A stretch of 64,000 bases of DNA, from contig NC_092356.1 of the NCBI RefSeq assembly GCF_963676685.1, positions 35,774,001-35,838,000 on the forward strand, in the 5' to 3' direction. Within the stretch, counting starts at the first letter, position 1. Every line of letters starts with the position of its first letter. Below the pieces are notes generated by a model that was not told the DNA's origin, did not search any database, and worked only from the letters and a program-made list of their open reading frames with translations. Both the position numbers and the translations under genes were made by a program. The stretch is from Mytilus edulis. Taxonomy: Eukaryota. Shown piece after piece: positions 51,628-64,000 of the stretch.

Positions 51628-54600
51628 ATGTTGTTCATCTATTTTGTGATCCAAGTTGTTATATTCATTCGGCAGTGTGAATGCGAAGAGTCGTGTCCGA
51701 ATCTGTGTTTCTGTTCAACTAAAGAAACATCGTGTATCAGTAGAAATTTGTCGTCAATTCCTAGTGATATTTTCGAACAAACCGAACGATTGTAAGTATC
51801 TTTTTTATCTTAAAATGTCATTTTAAGGCAGATGTCAAGTTGATTTTTCAATATTTCACATTTAACTGTCATTTGTTTTACATCATTCAACAATCAATAT
51901 TCAAAATTCGTTTTCCATATTATGTAATATTCGTTTTCAATATTGAACATTCAAAAATTAGTCATGCTCCTTTTTGTGTTCGTTTTCATTATTCGATACT
52001 ATATTGTCATGTGGCAGATGTGATTTTCGTTTATTTTAAATAATTCAACATGCATTAATTGCCAACGGAACATGTTTTTCTTTGTGTACCAAAGTATGCT
52101 ATCATTTCAAACGAGAACCGTGGAATACACAAACGACATAAAAGAAAGTACAACACAAATCAATTTATCAAAAATTATATGGTTCAATAGCCTTAGTATT
52201 CGGAATATTTACAAAAAATAAGATAGTATCACAGGAAATAGGCAATTACTGGAAACTAGTTTAAAGTACTTCTTCTGTTGATCCGCTGACTAGGCGTTCT
52301 TTTTCTAGGTTTTTTGTGTTGAAACAGTGACGCCATTGACAGAATGGTAATGCCAATGGTAGACAAATTGCAACCAGAAACAATTATATATAACGAACTG
52401 TTATTATTTGATGTGAAATGTAGTTTGCGAATTTAATTTTTTTATAAATCTTATATATATATAAATCTTATTCAAATAAAAAGTAAAATCACAAATATAC
52501 TGAACTCCTAGAAAAATTAAGAAGTTGATATCAATCCTAATAAAACAACACACAACATTTTGATATCAATCCTAAACTATATATAACAGTATAGTTGTTA
52601 CCATTTATTGCATGAAGTCTAACCGAAAAAAAAATCACAAAACAAAGTCTCTGAAAAAGTTCTCTTTGTACAGTACTAATATCAGAACAAAATATTTTCA
52701 AGAAAAACAGAAACTTACAATGAGTAAGTGTGTAATTTATACTTATAGGATCTTAGAATCAAATAGTATCAAAGATATACCACAAGGTGTCTTTTCTACA
52801 TTACAAACATTAGAACAATTGTAAGTATGTAAACAGTATTTTTGGAGAAAGTGAACATACAGAAAGCAATTAATGCTTTCTAAATTTCAAGATACTATAA
52901 AACAGAAATTGTTTGAAAAGTTACACGTTTGTTTTTGTTACTGTAAGATCTTTTTCGACTTATTGAATCATGAATTATACAAAAAGTCATGTCAATCTGT
53001 CAAAATTATTGTTTCAAATAAATTTAGTTTGATATAATGTTAAATTGATTGTCTCGAATATAGTAGTCGACAACAACTTCTGAGTTGAGTAACAAAAGAT
53101 TGATTGAAGAATGTACAGTTCAATAGCCCCGAAACAGTGCTAATACTAAGACTGTTCTACTTCAAGAATACATTACCTTAGCTATATTTGGCAAAACATT
53201 TAGAAATGTTTGGTCGTCACTGCTTTTTAGCTTCGTACTTTGTGGTCTTTTTTAACATGTTTTAAATCGGGCGTCACTGATTAGTCTTTTGTAGACGCAA
53301 CGCGCGTCTGGTGTAAGTATAACATTTCACTCCTGGTATCTATGATGAGTTTATTAAATATATGATGCCGATATCATAGACAACTGAACAGACCCAATTT
53401 CTTCCGTTTCTCTAATATGAGCAAAACTATTTATTCAGAATATTTCTTCCATAGTCTTGAACGGTTTTTTGCTCAATGTCCGAATTTCAGGTATATGTTG
53501 TATAAGAAAAATATGATTGCCAAAGAGGATCTAAAATATCGATTTCTACATAAGACCGAAGGGAAACGATGTCTACACATAAGAATCAACGTATGCATTC
53601 AAGAATAAAAACATAACCCATATCATAATCTTCAATTAGTGTAATCATTTAATATATGATTTTTTTTAATAATAAAGAGTAAAAAAGTTAGGAATCAATC
53701 ATATTTTATTGTTGTGTTTCTTTGTTACATATGACGTGTCTCTGTGCAGATATATCCCAATATTCTGCTTTGGGGATTTTTTGTTATCCTCGTTTTTCCT
53801 TTTTGTTAATATGATGACGGACTTTCCGTTTTGAATTTCCTCCGAGTTCTTTTTTTTTTTTTTTTTACATACATGCATTTCATTACCATTTGATCTTCTG
53901 TAGAAATTGAATAGATTTATATATTCGGTCAAATTGTGCAGAAAAAACATAAAACTTCAAATCCTAAGTTGATTCAACTATTATATTTAGGAACACTATT
54001 TATTCCAATGTCAAAATTGAAAGAGAATTATTTGTATTATACTGTTTGACATTTTGTAATTGAGCAATACATAGTTATAATTACGTAAAAAAAGGTGAAC
54101 ACACATATGTAGAAAAGCCAGTCACCAGAATCCACGTACTATATCAAAGGTAAATGTACATAAATAATATAAAAAGGGGGACGAATGATACCAGAGGAAC
54201 ATTCAAACTCATTAATCGAAAATAAACTGACAATGCCATGGTTAAAAATCAAAATGATAAATAGACTAATAATAGTACATAAGACACTACATTTAAAACC
54301 AAAGACTGAGCAACACTTACCGCACCCCAAACTTGGGTTGATCTCTAGTGCTCTGGAGGATAAGTAGATCCTGCTTCACAGCTCGTGTTGCTCATGTTAT
54401 TGCAAATCCGGTAAATATTCTAATTCGGTAATGTTATCTCTTTCATTTATTTGACATAGAGACAATATATATTTTTAGGATCTTAAACAACAATGAAATT
54501 GAAACAATTAGGAATGATACATTTAATGATTTGGGTACACTTTTAATCTTGTAAGTATCTTTGTAGTTGGTATGTTACTGGTACCCTGAATCCCAATATC

Positions 54601-56047
54601 ATTTGTTCTTTTCAATTAAGTATAAATGTTTGTTTTTATACAAACATTATTATTTACGATGACTTTAAGTCTTGCCTCTTCGAATTGATGGTTTTGTACT
54701 ACGTATTTGAAAATATAGAAATGAAGAAAAATTACAATTTGATCAGGCTTCAAAATAATAGAAATCCGGGAATGGCATACATTTTTTGTTATCAATTATT
54801 CTTCTTCTTTTAAAAAAAATACTTGACTAATACTGTTACATATGATGGTATATAAGATTCAATATATCTTTATAGATATTTGGACTCGAATAAAATAAGA
54901 GAATTGCCAGCACACGCCTTTAGATCTCTAACAAACCTAAGAGTACTGTAAGTAATGCTGTAGAAATGGGATAAAATGTAAAACGAGTTGAAAATGTTTT
55001 TTTCTAACTTCTCTAACTTTCTGCAATTCTTTGAAAATGATGGATAAAAATCATTAATGGAATCGATTGCACCACTATACCCCGTGTATTATGATAATTC
55101 TCCAGTCTCAATAGTTACATTTAAACTCAGTAAAAAGCTCGGCAAGCCTCGAGCTTTAAATATTAAAACTTAACAGTATCGAGTGGAGAAATATCGTAAC
55201 ACATTTGTTGCCATGGCAGAATCTATATTTTACCATCAATATGTTCTAAAAATCTACAAGAATACATGCTTTCCTGCCAGAATATAAAAATTATGTTATC
55301 GTACAATATTTATGCCAAAACTATACTTTTTACTAAACATGGTTTTGCTGTTTGAATCTGATTGTTATACAAATTTAGCTACAAAACCTTTATGATATAA
55401 AATACTTGCAGTAGATGCCACTACATCGTCAAACAATGATTGCTATGCTAAAATATTGTACATGTTGTACAGGTTGATGCATCTGTAAATTGTGATGTAC
55501 CTAGTCTGTTGAAAAACTGTAATGCCTCTAGTTAGCGTAGATTAAGTGATTACATGTTTATCGAAAACAAAGCTTACTATATACTGACGCCTTCGTATAA
55601 AAATGAAAACCATTTTCCTTTTTTGAAGACGTTTAGCAGGAAACTTCATTAAAGCTATTAAAGAGGAAGTGTTTTTTGGTTTGCATAATCTTAACAATCT
55701 GTAAGTGTATTTTCTTTTATAATCAGTCTATAGTCGATAAAGTTTTGTCAATGAAATAGTTATTAACTCAATCTATTAAATGAAGCGACAAAATAGATTA
55801 AAAAAGCTGTAGTAAAACCAGTTGCAACTGTTTTGATTTATTATTTAAGTGAATTACTTAAAAATGACAAAATTTATTCAAGTTTGAATTTGCATAAACT
55901 TTATATCTACATGTAACACTGTTTGTCTACATCTATAACTTGCAGATTGGTGCTATTCATGATATTATTCCCTGTAAATATGTATTTCTCTAATTGGTGA
56001 TATATAGGATAGAAATAGCAAATGTGAAAGTCATTCAACATACGTTG

Positions 56048-56087
<40 letters not shown>

Positions 56088-59000
56088 TATAACTGTACCA
56101 TATAAACAGTCAGATAACAAAATGTCATTTTTTGTCTTATTGATTGTTTTCAACGCCACTTTCAACACTATTATGCTATTGCTATGCTGTATTTTGTTTT
56201 GTGAAGAAGCCAGAGACATTCGTTATGAAAACTGACGATCCTAGTCAATAAAGATTGAAGTCGAAGTCGCTTGTCCGATGTGGAATTTGAATTCACAACC
56301 TTAGTGTGGACTGGCTAGTTATTCAAAAGCTTGACTACTAAGACCAGACAAGGGCCCCTTTTCTAAGACATCTCAAACTACACATAAAAAAATTGAAATA
56401 CATATATAATGTATATTAACAAAACCAGTGGTAAAGAGACCACAGTTGTTCATAAAAATTTGCAATTAACAAAAGTCGATCATCTTTTTAAGATTGTTGT
56501 GTATTAACCTTCTTCTTTCTGTGCTATTAGATACTTGGGTGGCAATGACATCGAAATTATTCATAATGAAACCTTCCGTGGATTGCATAACCTGCAATTG
56601 TTGTAAGTAGTTACACTTGATTAATATAATGTTCCGTATACTGCGATGAGATAACTTGCGCTTTGTGCATATTGTAAAACATTAAATGGAATATATAGAT
56701 ATAAAATTTAGCTAACAGGAAAACTAAAAAACTTTAATGGAAGTTTCTACATAATATAATTTACACTGAAGATAAATTACAAAAAATGAATTGCTCAAAC
56801 GGGAAGTGTCACTTTTGCAATGAAAACGAATCACTTTTTCATCTTTTTATTTATTGTAAACTGGTAGAAGACGTTTGGCGGGAAATTTTTGAGAAAATAT
56901 GGGAATTTTGTTCAAAATGGAATATCGAAAAATTACAAAAATCGGTAACAAGTATAATTTTTCGGGTCATTATGCAGATGCATCTTATACCCAAATTTTA
57001 AGATACGGTGCTTCTAATCACGAAATGGGATATCTGGAAAACTAGAAATCTCGCAAAATATCAAAAGAAAGGGATAAGTAAATCGCTAATTTTAAATATG
57101 ATAAAACATGAAATGCAATTTTTGCTCAAATTCCTTAAACCAAATACGAAAATCTTTGAAATAAATCCTATTTGGAAATCAAAATCATTAATCCATTTTT
57201 TTTTATGAATGAACTACACATCCCTTTAACAAATCGCACGTGGTAAATTATCACTCGTCCAGAAATTAACATAACAAAGACTTGATGTACGATAAAATTG
57301 AAACTGCTTAATACAGGTAGCCTTTGTGAGAAATAAATAAAGATATTCAAAAAATTATATACGGTGAGAGGTAAAGATATATAGATCGATAATGATTGCA
57401 GGTACATGTACATTTGTACAAGGATAGAACATATTTATAAAGGTTGATGTTAATAATTCATAGTGGGAGTTATTTTTTCTCATTTGCTTTTCCCCCGACA
57501 AACGAGACTGTAAAAAATGGGGCCCCTTAGTTGCTCCCCTGGGCAACTAAGGGTTGATGTAACACGTGATTGTTAATAAAATACGTTTAATATATATAAA
57601 AAAAACAACCCAAAAATGGAATATAAATTGGGAGACCACGTTATTAATCTGATTGAACACCAACATTGGGATTATATACTCTGCAGGAAAAACGATTAAA
57701 CGAATATGTCCTTGAAAAAACAGATAACATCATCTGCAAAAGAATACAAGTTAAATAATCATGGAAGATCTTTAAATAATAAAACCAGGCACTCATAGAT
57801 TTCACAAGTAGGAAAGACTCTACCAATTCAAACTTCTTATTAAAAAAAAATCTATCGTCTTGTAGTCTTTATCTCCAAATACAACAAATTCACAGATTAT
57901 ACAATCTGTGTGATTGAGTTTATTACTGTTAGTATATTTGCTTTCGTTTCCGTCGATGTTGTATCATATCTTAATATTAGATAACACAAGTTGTAGAAAA
58001 ATTGTTGAGAGTAATATTTTTTTCATTGTTTTGTTTTGTTTTGACCGGCATTCCTTGAATGTCCAAATTTTGTAAATGTTATTATAAAGTTTATAAACAC
58101 ATTTATCTTCATCTACAACTACAACTACAATCTATAACGTAAATAAACTTAATAAAATAGATTATGCAGTTGATATTCATACTCGTTTGTCGTTTGTTCG
58201 TGTGGTTCATACATTGGTCTCGTTTTTCGTTATTTTCAAAGATTAGACCGTTAGTTGTCCCGTTTTAATGGTTTTACACTATTAATTTTTGAACCCTATA
58301 AAGCTTGTTGGTCGATTGTAGCCAAGACTCTGTGTTGAAGACCGCACTTTGACCTATAATGGTTGACTTTTACAAATTATGACTTGGATGGAGAGTTGTC
58401 TCATTGGCACTTATACCCCCATCTTCTTATATCTATCACAATGTAACATCACATCAGTATATCACATCTCCTTGATGGGAGGGGGAACGTATCGATAGCA
58501 AGTCAGTCCATTAAAAAAAATTACAAAGCGTGCGCAACTGAAACTACAAAATGTACTTGAAAACACATATATTAATAAAATGAGGTTTGGGTGCCAATGA
58601 GACAAAAACTCTCGATACAAGTCAAAATATGTAAAAAAAAAATTAACCTATTATAGGTCAAAGAAAAACAAAATCACAAAAAATCCGAGAAATTTAATCG
58701 TAAAGTCCCTAATCAAATGACAAAACACATCAAACGAATAAACAACAACGAAAGACCCCTAACAACAAAAAAATGGCCCACATCGTACATCAATGAACAG
58801 CTATACATACAAGGCCCCAAAATGACTAGTGTAAAATAATTTAAGCAGGAAACAATTCTATATAAAAAAACGAAAAACGTGAAACACTTATTAACCACGT
58901 ATTTGCCAGTAGGTTGCTGTTTGTCCGGATATTGACTTTTAAATTGGCTATCGCAACATTATGTGAATCTACAGGTATCATGAACTATATGCATCACTTT

Positions 59001-62000
59001 TCTATAAAAAAAACTAAGGGCAAACTATATTTTACTGAGCTGCTAGTCAGAATCATTAAACATACAGAGAAATAACCCTTATTGACTACAAATATTATTC
59101 ATTTATTTTCCTTATTGATGTATAGAGATTGTCAGAAAAACCAATTGCAGTATATACAAAACGGGACATTTGAAGATTTGGCAAACCTGGAAAAACTGTA
59201 AGTTTATTTAACCGTCATTGTACATTTCGTTTTTGTTATGCATTAGTATAGTAAACATTCAGTTTTCCTCGTTATCGGTGTTATGACAATTTGTAGTTTA
59301 TATTTACAGTTTTATATGCATCGCTATTTTTGTTTCGGCTGAGAGCAAATGTAAAGAAGGGGAATAATGCTTTTCTGGAGGTGGCTTCACAAATTTTTTT
59401 TTCTGTTTTAGTCAGTTTGATAGGATCTTCCGTTGAAACATTTAATATAATATGAATGATATTTTCTTTAAAGTTACATTACTATTTAAACATATTATTT
59501 TATCAGGCTTGTTCTGTTTTCTGCTCTTTGATCATGGTGTTGTTTCTTTGACACATCCCATATATTGATTCTAAATTTCAAAGAATAGTTTGTAGGTCTG
59601 CTACTTAAATATAAATCCAGTTACTTTTGATTAATTATCAATTAATTAAAAGTAATTGAACCCTATTCTATTATATTTTGTCACTCTTTTTCAATGTCAC
59701 GATTTTTGCTTCAGTCAGAAGTGATAGAAAAAATACTTTTCGTACCGTATAATGACTATTTTGATGAAACATTCACACAGGAAAGTAAAAAATGAACATT
59801 TAAAATATGAAATGAATAATCAGAAAAAACGTGGTTTGCACCCTTCTTGTAAGGTATATAGTATGTAATTTTTTATAACACAAAAACGAAGTACCATTGT
59901 CCAAATGTAACAGTACTTATGTACAGTTATTTGCTACTTACATTTACCAAAAAGAGTATACTTTATTCTTCATAATGCACATTTCCCTACATTCACATTG
60001 TCTGTTGTTTTTTTAAATAGCGGCAATCGACCGAAAAAAGAGAACGTACATCATTGTACATAGTACACAATCGAATAAATATTCTATTTTAAAATTTAAC
60101 TTGTTAAGTATTCAACACAACTGAGTATACTAAGCATTAAATAGAACAAAAGGCTGTTTGGACTATGAAAACCTAAACATATAACAAGTATTGCATGTAT
60201 GAGTATTGAACTTTACCGCATTAATCAAGACACGAGTTAGAATAAAAGAGAAGCGAAAGATACCAGAGGGACATTCAAACTCATAGATCAAAAACTAACT
60301 AACAATGCCATGTCTCAAAAAGAAAATACAAACAGAAAAATAATAGTACACAAGAAAATTAGGACTAAGCAACACGAACGCCACCACAAAATAGGGATGT
60401 TCTCCGGAGCTCTGGAAGGGTAACATATTATGCTTCACAAGTGGCACCTGTGGTGTTGCTCATACAAAAACATTCTCTAGCGACAGCTGATGTAGTGGAC
60501 TGGATCAGCAATGCAGTACGTTTATCTACTGTTGTTTCTTTTTAACTGTTTTATAAACGAACATCATCCAAATACTTATTTACTTTTAGCAACTTACAAA
60601 ACAATGATATAACAGATTTGGGTGAAGGAGTATTCAACAATCAGTTTGATATGATTGATATGTAAGTATACTTTATGTTATATTTAGACAGGAACATTAA
60701 TTGTTTTCCCTGAAAAAGTTTAGATTTCCCACATTTTCATTTTTCCATTTCCTTGTAAACAGATATACTCTTGTACATCAGATTAAATCAGCAAAATGTT
60801 TAAAACCAATGTTAACCCTGTGAAAATAAACGTCTAACGGTTCATATACATGTATTTCAAATAACAAATAAAGTTTCCTTTTTTCTCCAAGTCTATTTAA
60901 AACAATCATCTGGATTCGATTCGTATAGATTTTAATATTGAAACAAAATAATGTTCGGATCACATTTCGAACTCATTATTGAATATTTTTATTTTGTTGC
61001 AAAATTGTAGACGACTGAAATTGAATCGGATTCATATTTTGAGAAATGGAACTTTTGGAGGAATGTTGCATATAAAGATCATGTAAGTAGCTTTACTTGG
61101 TATCATTTGAAAGGCACTTACGAGACCGAAACCAAATATAATAATAAAATTAAACGTCAGTTTTTTTTTTGTTTTTTTTTTGTATGAACAAATAAAATAC
61201 TAGAAATCAAATTCCTTTCACATTGACGAAAAGTGAATTTTCAAATCCTTATTTTATTTGTTTATTTGTTAAAGGAGATGTGATTGTCAATGTGCCGACT
61301 TCCGTTCTTAGGTCACTACACAAGAATGTACACCTCTACAGGTAACCATCTCCCTCAATTCAGATTGCATATGCACTTAATTTATATCTTAAACACGGAT
61401 TCGTGGAATTTGAAAATCGGTATCCTACGAATGCCTATGGAGTCCAATATGATATTTGTTTCTTATCACAATTGATAGAGGCTTCCTCTCATTAAGATGA
61501 CATTTAACCAAGTCTAGAGGTTATAATGTAGTCCTGGTAAGAAATTTTTGTGGACAACATCACGAGATGGTTGAACACTTATGATTGTCTATTCCATTTA
61601 GGAGTTTGATAGAAGAGCGGATATTTTCTCATACGGGTTTCTATGGTAATTGTTGAGTTATCCATTATATACTATATTTAAAGCCCAAATTCTTTGTTTG
61701 ACGGTATTAAATTTTTTGGGTTTACTACAATAGTCGTAAAATTGCGGAGCAGGCTTAGATAACCATTCGAGACAACGAAGATCACACCTGAGCCGTGTTG
61801 TTCAGTCTTGGTGTTTTTATATCGTTCTTTTGTCCGTCGCTTGTTTTTAAGTTTTTGTCTGGCTTCACTGTTTCTATTTCAATTGATGAGTTTGAATATC
61901 ATTTTGGTATTTTCCGCCTCTTTTATGTTCCACATTTATCAAACGGTACCTTTTGTGGACTATGAGTCTATGCATAATAGATTTATTATATTTCATGGAT

Positions 62001-63287
62001 TGGTTGGTTCTCATAATTACTCAAAATATAAATGAATAGAAGTATGATGGCCAATTAGACGAAAATTCTCCGCGAGACAAAATGACACAAAACAGTAACA
62101 GCTATAAGACACGCTTATTATCACGATTTGAAAACATTGCATCATGAAATTTACCATTGAAACAACACTTTTTGATAAACCTTTTGTTTTGTTGTATACA
62201 TTTTCATTTTCACCTTTTACATGTTTTAATCATTTTGTATTATTTTCCTTGCAGACAACTACCACGAAATCAAATTAACCTGGCAGAAAAGGGTGTGTTT
62301 CAAGGACTTTATGAATTGGAAGAATTGTGAGTACTTTTCGAATTTAACTAATTGTATATCATAATCCTATGTGAAGGATACATACAAAGTTCTGTGTGTA
62401 GTTATATTTTCCATTAACTTGTATAACAGTTTCTGTTCGTTGGGCCTTGATAAATATCCTGATTATGTTCATCATCGTACATTTTGTCTGCCTCTTTTTC
62501 ACCGTTTTGATCTTTATTACATGTTTATCAAATTACACTTCCAAAGCTATCAGGTGCCAAACTTTAAAGTTTAGTACAAAAATTTTCAATTCCAACACTG
62601 ATATATTTGTTAGTAAAATCCGTAAGATAAGTGCCTCATACAGTGACAATATTTGCACAGTGCCAAGCTTATTATTTTCAATATTAGAATCATTCGTGTA
62701 TCGCATTCCAGTATTCCTCTCGCAGTACATGGCTACTTATATAAGTGTTTCTTTGATAACTTTCCCATCTTTTATACATATCTCGATTTCCTATCGGTCC
62801 AATTCTAACAGAAACCTTTTTTTATGTTACATGTATCTCAATTTTACAGGTAAAGTTCTGAGAAAATCATAATCACATTGATGGAATTAAAACTCTTGAG
62901 TTTCAAATAGAAAACCGTCAGAGAGATATTCAGAGAAAAACGAGCAAGTTATTAGGAATCAAAACAGAATATACAAAATTGAGACGTTAGTCTATAAAAC
63001 TATAGTTTAGTCACTTTACGCCCAGTTTGTCCGAATTTGAGATGGGTTTTTCATATCACAAAGTTACTTCGGATATACCCTTAAGACATCTGTTTTATTG
63101 CGTTTTGCCTCAATTTTTGGCAAAATTCAAAACTCACTATTTCAGACATGTCAGAGACAAATTAAAAGAGGCGTTATAAAACATTAATGAAACATTTTTT
63201 TTATATTCTGATATGCAGAACGATGGACTTCAATAGCTTGAATGATATATCCGGTTTGTTCGAGGATTTGAAAGAATTGAAACTCTT
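51628..63287 (+). CDS. Signal peptide + LRRNT + at least 10 leucine-rich repeats; multi-exon, continues beyond the window
   Basis: Exons, all AG/GT-bounded and phase 2: 51628-51791 (MLFIYFVIQVVIFIRQCECEESCPNLCFCSTKETSCISRNLSSIPSDIFEQTERL), then 72-nt exons 52749-52820, 54479-54550, 54876-54947, 55629-55700, 56531-56602, 59126-59197, 60590-60661, 61011-61082 and 62255-62326, and a 69-nt exon 63219-63287. Each encodes one xLxxNxIxxIxxxxFxxLxxLxxL repeat and the spliced frame is open. Confidence 0.9.
53160..53345 (+). mobile_element. Retrozyme fragment with degenerate hammerhead (53271-53314)
   Basis: GCGTCA CTGATTA GTC..GAC GCAA CGCGCG TC TGGTGT. Similar relics at 459-570 (+), 1415-1470 (-), 21800-21843 (+) and 40267-40311 (-). 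Confidence 0.7.
56700..57606 (+). mobile_element. 3' end of an L1-like LINE in an LRR-gene intron
   Basis: CHFCNENESLFHLFIYC..W and KWDIWKTRN motifs, then a 3' UTR with an 11-bp hairpin (57524-57553), AATAAA and an A-rich tail. Confidence 0.65.
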
Positions 63288-63297
63288 GTAAGTTTTT

Positions 63298-63711
63298 AAA
63301 AGAGGAACGAAAGATACAAAAGGAACAATCAAACTCATAAATCCAAAACAACTGACAACGCCATGGCTAAAAACGAAAAAGACAAACAAACAACAGCACA
63401 CACGACCCAACATAGAAAACCAAAGAATAAACAACACGAACACAACAAAAAAACTAGGGGTGATCTCAGGTGCTCCGGAAGGCTAAGCAGGTCCTGCTCC
63501 ACATGTGGCACCCGTCGTGTTGCTTATGTGATAACAAATCCGGTAAATAGTCTAATTCGGTAGGTCACATTCATGAAAGGGAAGGGGATTGTAGATGCGA
63601 CGTAAGGAACATGTCCGATATCATTTGTGAAACGGTTATTCCATAACGGTCAACCAACTCGTGATGGCGTCCGTAAAATTTACGAAGGGATGATTTCAAC
63701 TTCACCATTTG
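63298..63711 (-). mobile_element. 5'-truncated Naiad 3' end (family B), including the RT C-terminus
   Basis: Reverse complement of 43150-43562. Other family B tails at 22484-22711, 24200-24530, 37453-37592, 54171-54432, 60245-60463, 61350-61925, 8560-8770 and 45470-45655. Confidence 0.85.
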
Positions 63712-64000
63712 TAAATTATGCATAAATACATGTAGTATTCTAAAAGAAATTGTTGATTGAGTTGATTTTCAAAACGGATGCTTGCATATATATTGTCAAA
63801 CCAGAAAGGTCTTAGATTGAATATAACAGTATTTCTCAATAATACAATATTTTACTTAGTATTTGTCATACCTAAACCAACACTTCATCTAGTCCCCTTA
63901 TATACATACAGGCAACAGTAGTGTATCACTGTTCAGAAGTAATAAATTGATTGAAAGACAACAAATACGGGTTAATACTAAAAACGATATCACATCAACT

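Overview
AT-rich eukaryotic DNA with spliceosomal introns. The gene and repeat content best fits a bivalve such as a Mytilus-type mussel (inference). Genes: a tandem cluster of single-coding-exon, RING-less B-box/coiled-coil/beta-propeller TRIM-like genes (two intact 556-aa ORFs and one pseudogene), and the 5' part of a secreted or membrane LRR gene built from 72-nt micro-exons that the ORF track misses. Mobile DNA: two decayed Naiad-type Penelope-like elements (PLEs) with many 3'-tail fragments, LINE relics, MITEs, long-hairpin elements, a 65-bp satellite and a 355-bp tandem hammerhead retrozyme. Main discovery candidate: four otherwise unrelated short dispersed repeat families each carry a circularly permuted (type-P5) twister-ribozyme fold with compensatory base changes and an atypical, palindrome-containing P1. 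One of these families lies 3' of a Naiad RT and also carries a hammerhead relic. All folds and alignments were done by eye.
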